Shown here piece after piece: positions 1 through 9,355 of a stretch of DNA of 64,000 nucleotides. The notes below the pieces were generated by a model, which was given only the letters and a program-made list of their open reading frames with translations, was not told the DNA's origin and made no database searches. The stretch lies in contig JBGTHM010000125.1 of NCBI GenBank assembly GCA_041746255.1, positions 32,001 through 96,000 on the forward strand. Reading direction: 5' to 3'. Numbering within the stretch: the first letter of the stretch is position 1; every line of letters begins with the position of its first letter. Made by a program: the position numbers and the translations under genes. This stretch comes from Fibrobacteria bacterium (GTDB lineage Bacteria; Fibrobacterota; Fibrobacteria; UBA11236).

Positions 1-1030
1 TCCGTTGGCCAAAATGGCATCCACCGAAACCAACCGGCTTTTGGCGATGGAAGACGAATTGCGCAAGCGCGTTGTGGGTCAAGACCAGGCCATCGAAGTG
101 ATTTCCCGGGCCATCCGGCGGTCACGTTCCGGAGTCCATTCCACCAAGCGTCCCATGGGCAGCTTCATGTTCCTCGGCCCTACGGGCGTAGGCAAAACCG
201 AGTTGGTTAAGGCTCTGGCTGCCTTTCTCTTTGAATCGGAAGACGCGCTGTTACGCATCGACATGTCGGAATACATGGAAAAGTTCGCGGTTTCCCGCCT
301 GGTGGGAGCGCCTCCGGGATACGTGGGCTATGAAGAAGGCGGACAGCTTACCGAGAAGGTGCGCAAGAAACCCTATTCGGTCATTTTGCTCGACGAAATC
401 GAGAAGGCGCATCCCGATGTCTTCAATATCCTGCTGCAAATCCTGGATGATGGCCAGCTCACCGACAGCTATGGCCGCAAGGTGAACTTCAAAAACACCA
501 TCATCATCATGACTTCGAATCTTGGAGCCAAGGATATCAAAAAGGGCGTGGGCATGGGGTTCAGCCGGGACGATGTCCACACCGAATTCGACCGCATGGA
601 CAAGATGGTGCGCGAAGAGGTCAAAAAGACCTTCAACCCCGAATTTTTGAACCGCCTTGACGATTTGGTGGTCTTCCACCAACTTGAAAGGAAGGACATG
701 GCCCGAATCGTGGACATTTTGGTCGAGGAACTGGAATCGCGGCTCGGGCCACGTGAAATCAAGATGCAAATCTCCGATCCGGTACGCGAACTCATCGTCG
801 AAAAAGGCTTCGACGCCCAATTGGGCGCCCGTCCCCTACGCAGGGCGATACAGAAGCTCATCGAAGATCCCCTTGCCGAAGAAATCCTGCGGGGAAAGAT
901 CACCGATAATTCCACTCTCAAAATTGGCCGTAAGGGTGATACGCTGACCTTCAATACCGTTCAGCATGGGAAGAGCAAGAAGGAATTGGATAGGGAAGCC
1001 CTTGAACATAAAGAGGTCAAAGAAGTCTGA
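1..1030 (+). CDS. clpC: ATP-dependent Clp protease ATP-binding subunit (ClpC/ClpB family), 3' part; gene begins upstream of the window
   Basis: Second AAA+ module: RVVGQDQAI, Walker A GPTGVGKT, RIDMSEYMEK, GAPPGYVGYEEGGQLT, Walker B ILLDEIEKAH, GARPLRR. Confidence 0.9.
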   Translation, partial: PLAKMASTETNRLLAMEDELRKRVVGQDQAIEVISRAIRRSRSGVHSTKRPMGSFMFLGPTGVGKTELVKALAAFLFESEDALLRIDMSEYMEKFAVSRLVGAPPGYVGYEEGGQLTEKVRKKPYSVILLDEIEKAHPDVFNILLQILDDGQLTDSYGRKVNFKNTIIIMTSNLGAKDIKKGVGMGFSRDDVHTEFDRMDKMVREEVKKTFNPEFLNRLDDLVVFHQLERKDMARIVDILVEELESRLGPREIKMQISDPVRELIVEKGFDAQLGARPLRRAIQKLIEDPLAEEILRGKITDNSTLKIGRKGDTLTFNTVQHGKSKKELDREALEHKEVKEV

Positions 1031-1060
1031 GCCTCAGACATCCCTAACCCACAATCCATG

Positions 1061-1086
1061 AAAAGCCCGGGAAACCGGGCTTTTTT
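1061..1086 (+). terminator. Intrinsic terminator after clpC
   Basis: aaaagcccgg-gaaa-ccgggctttttt: perfect stem, GAAA tetraloop and T-tract, 30 nt after the stop codon. Confidence 0.9.
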
Positions 1087-1193
1087 CATTTCCGGCATGA
1101 CAAAAGTTTTACACGGCGTAATGGGTCGGAGCGGGAAGATCCCCAGGACTTTTCCTATATTGTTCCGGGCATCCGATTTTTTTCAAAAGTAAG

Positions 1194-3593
1194 GTGATGG
1201 TGGTACCTATTCGCAAGTTTATCCTGGCTTCGCTTCTGCTGTTTTTCCCCGCGCGCGAATCCTTGGCCCAATTACTCGACCCCTCCATGCGGAGCACCGT
1301 CAGGGAAACCCCGATTGACGACATCCTCTTCCAGGGCAATCCCACCGTCGACAGCAGCTTAATCACCGGGGCCATCCATCTACGCAAAGGCGAGTCCTAC
1401 CTTCCTCCGGTCATGCGCCAACTTGTAAAAAGCTCGGTCGAAGCCTTGCATAGGCTTAAACTTTTTTCCGACATCCGGGTCGACATCGCCTATCCGAGCG
1501 ATCGCGAGGGCGCCGTACTGACCTTCCATTTTAAGGAGTTGCCGACGCTGGCCACCACGGAATTGAAAGGGAACAAGAAGATCAAGGAAGACGATATCCG
1601 TGCGGCCATGACTTTACTGGACGGACAGGTCTACTCCCCTTCGTCGGTGGAAAAGGACAGGCAGAGCATACTCACCCTCTATCGCGATAAAGGCTATTTG
1701 CTGGCTGAGATCAAAGTGGAGGAAACGCTGGAGGAGGCGTCGGGACGCAATCGACTGACGTTCTCCATCGCTGAGGGTACCAAAGTCAATGTTAGGTATA
1801 TCACTTTTGCCGGAAACAACCTTTTCAAAGACAAGGAATTGCGCAAACGCTTATCCGTCAAGGAGAACAGATGGTGGCGCAGCGGCGATTTTCAGGAAGA
1901 AAAGCTCCGCTCCGGTCTCGACAGCTTGGTGGATTTTTACCAGGAAAAAGGGTTATTGGACGCTGCCGTTACCGGGCATGAAATTACCTATAGCGACGAT
2001 AAACGCCACTTGGATATCCAGGTCACGTTAGACGAGGGCCGGCGATATTATTTCGGGAACGCCTATTTCGTACATAACGACGTGGTGGAAACTCGGGCGT
2101 TGCAGGCCCAGGTGGTGCTGGACAGCGGTGAAGTTTTCAACGTGAAGAAATTCGAAGCCACGAAATTCCAGGTCCAATCCGTCTTTCGCGAACAAGGATA
2201 CTTGTTCGTACAATTGGCCGATCAAAGAAGTTATCGCGACAGTATAGTAGACGTGACTTTCACCATCAAGGAAAACAGCATCGCCCACATCCAGAAAGTC
2301 CATGTGCGGGGTAATACCAAAACCAAGGATAAGGTCGTCCGCCGCGAAGTCAAACTGTTTCCAGGGGATATTTTCCGCCAATCCCTGGTGATGCGTTCGC
2401 AGCGCGACATCATGCAGCTCAATTACTTCGACGGCGTCGAACCCAATATCGAGCCTACCGAAGGCGGAGACGAGAGCGACGTCGACCTGGTGTTCGACGT
2501 CAAGGAAAAGGAAGCCGGTACGGGAACTTTTTCCGCAGGCGCCGCATATCAGGCTCGCGATGGCTTCGTGGGCACCTTGGGATTGCAAATCCCCAATTTC
2601 ATGGGCAATGGACAGCGTGCTGAGATGAACGTGGAATACGGAAAATACAAGGAACTATTTTCCGTGGGATTTACCGAGCCCTGGTTTCTGGACACTCCCA
2701 CTCTGGTGGGAGGTAACCTCTTCTATAGTTTTTACCAGGGTCGTCTCGCCAACGAATTCGACTATACCAGTTATGGTATGCGGCTCCATCTGGGTCGACG
2801 TCTTACCTGGCCTGACGATTATTTTTCCGTGCGCACCTCTTACAACTTGACCCAAAACGACAACGGTCAACGTCAGGATCCCTCCAATCTCATCATCCCA
2901 TCGGGACTGGAATCTTCGTTGAGCGCGACCCTGGTTCGTGATGATAAGGATTTACCGGTTTTTCCCACCGAAGGTTCCCGTTATGCTTTGACGCTTTCGC
3001 AGGTGGGCGGTCCGTTGCAAGGCAGTTTCGACTATGTCCAAGGGGACATCAAGGTCAATTGGTGGTTTCCCACCTTCCATAAATTCGTGTTGGGATTGGA
3101 AACTCAATTCGGAATGATTTACGGCGACAATATCCAGAGCCGGTCCCTTTACCAAATGGGCGGCTTATTGGGCTACCAGGGCAAGTTGCGCGGTTATAGC
3201 CCAGGCTCCATCGGAAATGCCCGGGTGGGACGCAGCTTTTTCTCTTTCGTTACCGAGCTCAGTTATCCCATCGTTCCGGGCACATTCTATGGACTGGCCT
3301 TTTTCGATGCGGGCAATGTATTCGGAAACCTTTCCAAATATACCGATGACGGTTCCGGGCTTCGCTTCAACGCCATTCCCCGCGATCAAGCGCCGAGCCC
3401 CTTTGATGAAATCGATTTCACCGATTTACGTCGCGACATCGGCCTAGGCTTCCGCTTGGTGGTGCCCATGGTCGGCATTATGGGTTTCGATTTCGGCTGG
3501 GGGTTGGATGATGAGGAAGAAATTCGCACCGGCGCCCGCCGTAAACAGGACGGGAAAATGCAGGTTAACTTCGTAGTAGAGCAAGGATTTTAG
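1194..3593 (+). CDS. bamA: Outer membrane protein assembly factor BamA
   Basis: Signal peptide, repeated POTRA units (e.g. GNTKTKDKVVRRE), barrel with LRGY motif and FFDAGNV, terminal Phe; followed by skp and lpxD. Confidence 0.95.
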   Translation: MMVVPIRKFILASLLLFFPARESLAQLLDPSMRSTVRETPIDDILFQGNPTVDSSLITGAIHLRKGESYLPPVMRQLVKSSVEALHRLKLFSDIRVDIAYPSDREGAVLTFHFKELPTLATTELKGNKKIKEDDIRAAMTLLDGQVYSPSSVEKDRQSILTLYRDKGYLLAEIKVEETLEEASGRNRLTFSIAEGTKVNVRYITFAGNNLFKDKELRKRLSVKENRWWRSGDFQEEKLRSGLDSLVDFYQEKGLLDAAVTGHEITYSDDKRHLDIQVTLDEGRRYYFGNAYFVHNDVVETRALQAQVVLDSGEVFNVKKFEATKFQVQSVFREQGYLFVQLADQRSYRDSIVDVTFTIKENSIAHIQKVHVRGNTKTKDKVVRREVKLFPGDIFRQSLVMRSQRDIMQLNYFDGVEPNIEPTEGGDESDVDLVFDVKEKEAGTGTFSAGAAYQARDGFVGTLGLQIPNFMGNGQRAEMNVEYGKYKELFSVGFTEPWFLDTPTLVGGNLFYSFYQGRLANEFDYTSYGMRLHLGRRLTWPDDYFSVRTSYNLTQNDNGQRQDPSNLIIPSGLESSLSATLVRDDKDLPVFPTEGSRYALTLSQVGGPLQGSFDYVQGDIKVNWWFPTFHKFVLGLETQFGMIYGDNIQSRSLYQMGGLLGYQGKLRGYSPGSIGNARVGRSFFSFVTELSYPIVPGTFYGLAFFDAGNVFGNLSKYTDDGSGLRFNAIPRDQAPSPFDEIDFTDLRRDIGLGFRLVVPMVGIMGFDFGWGLDDEEEIRTGARRKQDGKMQVNFVVEQGF

Positions 3594-3601
3594 GAGGAAA
3601 G

Positions 3602-4117
3602 ATGAAAAAAGCAATCGTATTGGCACTTATTCTTATGACCGGAGTAGCATTCACGGCCGATTTGAAGTTCGCGCATGTGGACTCCAAGCTCATCTTCGAG
3701 CAATACAAGAATACCGGCAAGGCGCAGGCCGAGTATGACAAGCAGGTCGCCAAATGGGAACAAGATGCCGCCCAGAAGCAGAAAGACCTCATGGAAATGA
3801 AGGAGCGACTGGAGAAGCAATCCCTCATGCTCAGCGATGAGAAGAAGAAGCAATTGGAAGCCGATTTTCTCAAACGGAAAAGCGAATACGAACAGTTCGT
3901 ACAGAAAATCTACGGGCGTGGCGGAGAACTCTTCGAGAAGAACGAGCAATTCTCAGGGCCCATCATCCAGAAAATCAAAAAGACCATTCAGGATGTAGCC
4001 AACCAAGAGGGCTATGACATGGTTTTCGACCGCGCTGCCGGAGCCGTGGTCTACTGGAAAAAGGACAATGATTTGACCCAGAAGGTTGTCGATTTTCTGA
4101 ACAAAGAGGTTAAATAA
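3602..4117 (+). CDS. skp: Periplasmic chaperone Skp/OmpH
   Basis: Signal peptide, KFAHVDSKLIF, long coiled coil, GYDMVFD...DLTQKV; AGGAGG RBS; located between bamA and lpxD. Confidence 0.93.
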   Translation: MKKAIVLALILMTGVAFTADLKFAHVDSKLIFEQYKNTGKAQAEYDKQVAKWEQDAAQKQKDLMEMKERLEKQSLMLSDEKKKQLEADFLKRKSEYEQFVQKIYGRGGELFEKNEQFSGPIIQKIKKTIQDVANQEGYDMVFDRAAGAVVYWKKDNDLTQKVVDFLNKEVK

Positions 4118-4149
4118 CCCTTCCTTAATACCGGGAATCCGCGAAAAAC

Positions 4150-5127
4150 GTGCTTCTCAAAACCCCGCTTTCCTTTTCCAGAATTGCCCAGCTTTGCGGC
4201 TTTCCGGAACCGGATGCGGGCAAGCCCGAATTGTCCCCAAGGCGCGTACTGGCGATTGATTCTCCTGAATTCAGCACCCCACACTCCCTGACTTTTCTGT
4301 CCAGCCAGGCGCCTTTGCAGGTGCGGCGGAATTTGATTGCGGCCATGGTCCTATCCGAACTCCCAGACGAAGCTTCGGGACTGGCTTGGCTGCAAGTTGC
4401 TTCCATGCATCGGGCCATGGAAAGCATCCTGTTGTATTGCAAGGATAGGCTCGAGCCGTTTCCACCCCCGGTTTTCCCTTCCCATACCGGAAGGCTCTCT
4501 CAAATACACCCCACCGCCGTGGTGGAAGGCGTACTTGCCGAAGACGTGAAGGTCGGCCCTGGATGCTATGTGGGAAAGGGCAGCTTTATCGGGCCCGGAA
4601 CGGTGCTGGAGGCGCGCTCCACGGTAATGGAGAACTGCCTTATTCTGGGCAATTGCGTTCTGCAATCCGGAGTGGTGGTGGGAAGCGCCGGCTTTGGTTT
4701 TTATCCCTGGGAAGAGCGTCTGGCTCCGATGCCACACTATGCGGGAGTGGTGGTGGAAGAGGATGTGTGGATAGGCGCCAATTCAGTGGTGGCGGCCGGG
4801 GTCTTGCATTCCACGCGCATCGGTATAGGATCCCGATTGGATAGCCATGTGCAAGTGGCGCATAATGTGCAATTGGGGGCTGGGGCCGTATTGGCATCCG
4901 GAGCCGGTATTGCGGGATCCACCCAAGTGGGCCCAGGTTTACGGATGGGAGGAGGCTCAGCGATTGCCGGTCATTTACGGATTGGTAAGGGAGTGAGTTT
5001 AGCGGCCTTTTCAGCCATTACCAAGAACGTGGGTGACGGCGTTACGTTGGCCGGGTTTCCGGCCCGGCCTATTCGAGAGTGGCGCCGTGAAAAGATTAAG
5101 TCAAAAGGTGGAAACGATCCGAGCTGA
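4150..5127 (+). CDS. lpxD: UDP-3-O-acyl-glucosamine N-acyltransferase LpxD (divergent N-terminus)
   Basis: Hexapeptide repeats, GSAGFGF, LDSHVQVAHNV, GFPARP; synteny with bamA-skp. Confidence 0.88.
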   Translation: MLLKTPLSFSRIAQLCGFPEPDAGKPELSPRRVLAIDSPEFSTPHSLTFLSSQAPLQVRRNLIAAMVLSELPDEASGLAWLQVASMHRAMESILLYCKDRLEPFPPPVFPSHTGRLSQIHPTAVVEGVLAEDVKVGPGCYVGKGSFIGPGTVLEARSTVMENCLILGNCVLQSGVVVGSAGFGFYPWEERLAPMPHYAGVVVEEDVWIGANSVVAAGVLHSTRIGIGSRLDSHVQVAHNVQLGAGAVLASGAGIAGSTQVGPGLRMGGGSAIAGHLRIGKGVSLAAFSAITKNVGDGVTLAGFPARPIREWRREKIKSKGGNDPS

Positions 5128-5757
5128 TTAATTCGCCTCGGTGGGACGCCCCATTAGCCGGCCCCGCACATCCATCCTCAGCGGTTCATCCGGCTGGTAG
5201 TCATTACCCTGGGGACGGAGCAATTCCATCGAGCCGTTCCGGAATTGCACAGTCGGCCCGGCTTTTCGGACGGATTCTTTTTTCGGAAAAATAGCTACCA
5301 CATCCTCACCTAAATCGATGGTGATTATGTCGAAATTGGCTCCACCGGGAAAACCGTCCTGTTTGATGGAAATGGTATTTTCCAGGCCCGGATTCAGCGT
5401 CAAAGTCATAGGCAATTCCCAGAAGACGCTATAGCCTCCTGTATTGGGAAGCACGAGGGTATCCAGGTGATCGTTTATGTAAAAGACTTTGCGTACGTTC
5501 GCCGCATCGGTAGAATAGAGGAGGATGGCGGATTTCTCGCCGCCGTTTCCTCCCTGGATTTGATGCAAGGTCACCGAGGCATCGGGCTCATGTAACCACC
5601 CTGCGGCAGCGTCACCCGAAGCGGTGTTGGAATGGTAAATAGCGGCGCCATTCTCCAGTGTTCCGGACTCAAATTCGTATTCTACGACCCCTGCCAAGCC
5701 TGGAATCCCCAGCCCGAATAGAATTCCGCACAAGAGGGAAGAGTTTATCATTCGCAT
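5128..5757 (-). CDS. Secreted CBM35/CBM6-like carbohydrate-binding protein with no catalytic domain
   Basis: Signal peptide; EYEFESG...ASG...G...LNPGLENTISI...NFDII pattern typical of CBM35/6 beta-sandwiches; short C-terminal tail ending MDVRGR. Confidence 0.65.
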   Translation of the reverse strand: MRMINSSLLCGILFGLGIPGLAGVVEYEFESGTLENGAAIYHSNTASGDAAAGWLHEPDASVTLHQIQGGNGGEKSAILLYSTDAANVRKVFYINDHLDTLVLPNTGGYSVFWELPMTLTLNPGLENTISIKQDGFPGGANFDIITIDLGEDVVAIFPKKESVRKAGPTVQFRNGSMELLRPQGNDYQPDEPLRMDVRGRLMGRPTEAN

Positions 5758-5791
5758 AATTTCCTCACAAAATATTTAAGAATTGGAAAAT

Positions 5792-6463
5792 TCACGGGAC
5801 ATAAAACAACCCAACTTGCTCCTTACCCTTTGTAAACGCATCCTCTCTCACAATCAATAATGGCAGGGTGCGGTAAGCAAGTAAATTCGCACCGTGGTTA
5901 ATAGGCTTAAAATAGGGCCTTGCCAGCCATGAATGTGGAAAGGCTGCGCCTTGAATAGAGACTAGGGTGCCTTTGGTCATGGATAGAATGTCTGTTCCAT
6001 AATCGATGGAGATTTTATCGATGTTGAGCCCATGGGGAAACCCGTCCTGACGGAAGGAAATGGTATTTCCCCTTTTTGAAGTCAAGTGAACTTTGACGGT
6101 GGTGTCCTTATAAATCCGGTAACCTCCCGTATACGGAAATTTCAGTGTCAGGGTATCGCCATTCACATAAAGCACCTTGCTTACTTTATGGGCGTCAGAC
6201 GCGAAGCGAATCGTCAGGGATTTCTCGCCTCCCTCTCCCCCCAAAACATTGGGGATGGTGACCCCAGCTCCGTTTAGGTGCAAATATCCGGCACAAGCTC
6301 CTCCGGAGGCGCTTTCCATGAACACCGCCTTGGCGCCTCCCTCGAATAAACCGGCCTCGGCTTCATATTCAAGCGTTATGGCGGGGATTTCCGGAGGGGC
6401 TACCCACAACAGGAAGGTTGCCAGCATTGCCCGGAGCGACTGTGAACGCCATTGCGTATACAT
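5792..6463 (-). CDS. Second CBM35-like protein, tandem paralog of 5128..5757
   Basis: EYEAEAG...ASGG...GGEGGEKS...TGGY...NTISFRQDGFP...NIDKI aligns by eye with the neighbour. Start moved to ATG 6463 (G-rich RBS) to avoid overlap with lpxC. Confidence 0.6.
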   Translation of the reverse strand: MYTQWRSQSLRAMLATFLLWVAPPEIPAITLEYEAEAGLFEGGAKAVFMESASGGACAGYLHLNGAGVTIPNVLGGEGGEKSLTIRFASDAHKVSKVLYVNGDTLTLKFPYTGGYRIYKDTTVKVHLTSKRGNTISFRQDGFPHGLNIDKISIDYGTDILSMTKGTLVSIQGAAFPHSWLARPYFKPINHGANLLAYRTLPLLIVREDAFTKGKEQVGLFYVP

Positions 6464-6538
6464 AAGTCCATCCCCCCACATCAAATCAAATAATTGCCGC
6501 GCCCATGGATTGGCAAACACAATTCTATTTTGGCCGGA

Positions 6539-7465
6539 ATGGACAGGCGGCAGGTGATTCTCCCAGGGAAAGGCATTCACGGTGGCCGAGCGGAGCGACT
6601 GGTGATAAAGTTGTCCACGCGCTTACCCGCATGTCCGCGCGTTTTTTTGGGGGGAAATCCATATCCCATCGAGCCTGGCCAATGGAAGGAATTTTCGCGT
6701 ACGGCGCGCAATGCCACCTGTTTGGAATATGCAGGACCGGATCCTAGGTATGCGGGGCTGCGGGTCGATACGCTGGAACACCTGCTTGCGGTCTTATTGG
6801 TTTTCCCCGATGCACCCATCGATATATTCTGCGAGGGTAGGGAACCGCCCTTTCTGGACGGAAGCGCGCTTCCGATTCTTACCGCCGTGAAAACCCTGCT
6901 GGGAGATAAGACCAGCTATGCCTTGGGATGGAAACAATATGCCTGTCCGTTGCAGTGGGAGCATACGTGGAGGGCGGGCGGCATACGAGTCATGCCTGCT
7001 CCGGAGTTCCGTGTGAGTTACGGGGTGGTGAGAGGGGATGTTTATCAAAGGGCCGTGCTGGAAAGTCCCCATGAATTTCTGGAGTATGCGGTTCCGGCAC
7101 GGAGTTTTCTCTTCTATGAGGATGGGAAAATCGCTAAGTCCCGCTCCGACTCTCCTCTCTTAAAAGGCGCTAGGTGGGACAGCGGGCTACTCCTGGCCGA
7201 ATCGCGCGAACAATTCGAGGAAGCACGGTCACGGGGTGTGCCTCCCGCAGAAATTGCCGGAACTTACCCTCTTCTCAATGCCACCTTCTGGAGGTCCGAA
7301 TCCGAATTGGCCTGGCATAAGATTCTGGATTTGCTGGGTGACTTGGCTCTTTTCAACTTAGCGCTTCCCAGAGTGCATATTGAGGTGGAAAATGGGGGGC
7401 ATTTCCAAAATCACCAGCTTTTGGATCGGCTCCAAGACCAGATGGAATCAATGAACCGTCCCTGA
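6539..7465 (+). CDS. lpxC: UDP-3-O-acyl-GlcNAc deacetylase LpxC (divergent)
   Basis: GKGIHGG near the start, TLEHLLA, LDGSA, HKILDLLGDL zinc motif, GGH; precedes fabZ-lpxA. ATG 6539 chosen as the start. Confidence 0.88.
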   Translation: MDRRQVILPGKGIHGGRAERLVIKLSTRLPACPRVFLGGNPYPIEPGQWKEFSRTARNATCLEYAGPDPRYAGLRVDTLEHLLAVLLVFPDAPIDIFCEGREPPFLDGSALPILTAVKTLLGDKTSYALGWKQYACPLQWEHTWRAGGIRVMPAPEFRVSYGVVRGDVYQRAVLESPHEFLEYAVPARSFLFYEDGKIAKSRSDSPLLKGARWDSGLLLAESREQFEEARSRGVPPAEIAGTYPLLNATFWRSESELAWHKILDLLGDLALFNLALPRVHIEVENGGHFQNHQLLDRLQDQMESMNRP

Positions 7466-7517
7466 TATTGCTAATTTTCGGGCATCTTATCTTCTCACCC
7501 GATTCAAGCAGGTTTGC

Positions 7518-7991
7518 ATGGATACCGCCGACGAAAACAAAACCCCATCAGCCGCCCAGCCTGTTCTCGATTACGCCGGGGTGCTTAAACTGTTACCGCA
7601 CCGTTACCCTTTTCTCTTCGTGGAGAAGGTCTTGGCCTTCGAAAAGGAAAAATCCATTCTGGGGCAAAAGAACGTGAGTTTCGGGGAACCGTTTTTTCAG
7701 GGGCATTTTCCGGACGAACCCGTCATGCCCGGCGTCTTGCAAGTCGAAGCCCTGGCTCAGATATCCTGCCTGCTGGTCTATCTCAGCTTTGGCGAAGAGG
7801 TGGCGGGCAAGCGTCCTGCTTTCACCGGCGTCGATGAGGCCCGCTTCCGTCGGCCGGTCCGGCCCGGAGACATACTCATGCTTCATGCCGAATTGGATCG
7901 GTACCGTCGCGGTTTCGCCACCCTGCGTACCTGGGCCGAAGTCGACGGAGTCCGTTGCGCCGAAGCGATTATCAAAGCCGCGATGGTCTGA
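7518..7991 (+). CDS. fabZ: 3-hydroxyacyl-ACP dehydratase FabZ
   Basis: LPHRYPFL, FFQGHFP, PGVLQVEALAQ, FRRPVRPGD. Confidence 0.96.
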   Translation: MDTADENKTPSAAQPVLDYAGVLKLLPHRYPFLFVEKVLAFEKEKSILGQKNVSFGEPFFQGHFPDEPVMPGVLQVEALAQISCLLVYLSFGEEVAGKRPAFTGVDEARFRRPVRPGDILMLHAELDRYRRGFATLRTWAEVDGVRCAEAIIKAAMV

Positions 7992-7992
7992 C

Positions 7993-8790
7993 ATGGCAGT
8001 CCATCCCACCGCGATAGTCCATCCCTCGGTGGAGCTTTTTCCGGATGTGAGTATCGGCCCCTATAGTATCGTGGAAGAGGATGTACAACTCTCCGAAGGG
8101 GTGCGTATCGGGGCGTTTTGCCGGCTTTACCCGGGGGCTCGCCTGGGCCGCGAAGTGGAATTGTACGACGGAGTTATCGTGGCTGGGGTGCCCCAAGACA
8201 TGAAATTCGGCGGGGAGAAAACGCAGGTGCATATCGGGGATAAAACCCGGTTGCGGGAATTCGTTACCGTGCATCGCGGCACCCGTGAAAGCGGGATGAC
8301 CCGGATAGGACGCGAGTGCATGATCATGGCGTACTGTCATGTTGCGCATGATTGCCGTCTTGGCGATGGCGTCATCCTTTCCAATGCGGTGCAGTTGGGC
8401 GGACATGTGAAGTTGGACGATCATGTGGTGGTATCGGGCATGACGGGAATCAGCCAGTTCATTCACGTGGGGCGGGGAAGTTTTATCGGCGGAGGGCTGA
8501 GGGTTGACCGCGACATCCCTCCCTGGTCCAAGGCGTTGGGGGAGCCTTTACGTTGGGCCGGAGTCAATGCCAAGGGATTGGCCAAGGATGGTTACGGCGC
8601 CTCGGCGGCGCTTTCGCTTCGCACCCTCTATAAGGTGATGTACGGGTCGGTAACGCAGGAGTTTCTGCTGCGTCTGCAAAACGGGGAGGGCGGGCTTCCG
8701 CCGGTCAGTCCGGAAATGCGGAGCGAAGTGATGGATTTCCTGGAGGCTCCGCGCAAGGGCCTGCTGTCCAGAAATACCCGGCGTCAGTAG
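7993..8790 (+). CDS. lpxA: Acyl-ACP--UDP-GlcNAc O-acyltransferase LpxA
   Basis: MAVHPTAIVHP start at ATG 7993, PQDMKF, REFVTVHRGT, HVAHDC, GGHV, DIPP. Confidence 0.94.
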   Translation: MAVHPTAIVHPSVELFPDVSIGPYSIVEEDVQLSEGVRIGAFCRLYPGARLGREVELYDGVIVAGVPQDMKFGGEKTQVHIGDKTRLREFVTVHRGTRESGMTRIGRECMIMAYCHVAHDCRLGDGVILSNAVQLGGHVKLDDHVVVSGMTGISQFIHVGRGSFIGGGLRVDRDIPPWSKALGEPLRWAGVNAKGLAKDGYGASAALSLRTLYKVMYGSVTQEFLLRLQNGEGGLPPVSPEMRSEVMDFLEAPRKGLLSRNTRRQ

Positions 8791-9199
8791 CCAACTCTGC
8801 CTGCAACACAGGCAGCAATTCATGCTTGGCCTTTTCAAAACAAAACACCTGGCGGAACATGGAATGACTGCGATGGTCCTCGGCCTTTTGCCGAACCCAC
8901 GCGGCGGCTACAGCTTGACGATTCTCGTCGTCGCACCGTTCTTCTTCTATCTGTTTTTTGATGATGGTGGATTGCTGCGTCATGTACTGTCGCATGCAAA
9001 AGGGCATGTTGAATTGGATGATGAAAATCTTGATCATCACCTCGAGTGCGCAGTGGCCTTCCACTTTCTGGAACTCTTCCATGAATTCGATGAGCTTGTT
9101 CCTGTGCTTACGGAGAAAGGGAAGAATCGAGGATTTCAGTTCCTCCATTTCCCCGGCTGCATAGGCCTTTTCAAGCTGGCTTACCATTTCAGATGGCAC
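8705..9199 (-). CDS. Hypothetical cytoplasmic helical protein (164 aa)
   Basis: Natural-looking charged helical composition; GAGG RBS upstream; fills an otherwise empty gap; its 3' end overlaps lpxA. Confidence 0.6.
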   Translation of the reverse strand: MPSEMVSQLEKAYAAGEMEELKSSILPFLRKHRNKLIEFMEEFQKVEGHCALEVMIKIFIIQFNMPFCMRQYMTQQSTIIKKQIEEERCDDENRQAVAAAWVRQKAEDHRSHSMFRQVFCFEKAKHELLPVLQAELATDAGYFWTAGPCAEPPGNPSLRSAFPD

Positions 9200-9355
9200 G
9201 ATCGCACCTCACTGACGGAACGGGTTGCATTGGAATCCCAAAGCTAATTACGCACTAGTTATTATACCAAGTGGGAGGGATTTTTCTACCCGGAATACCG
9301 GCCCGGCCAGGTAGGCTTGAGGGCCATTGGAGGTTCTTGTATCGTTATGCTTTGG

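Noticed and set aside
6464..6580. Apparent head-to-head overlap of the CBM gene and lpxC
   Set aside because: Disappears when the more plausible starts (6463 and 6539) are used.
7789..7992. N-terminal extension of the lpxA ORF
   Set aside because: Lies inside fabZ; the family-typical start is ATG 7993.
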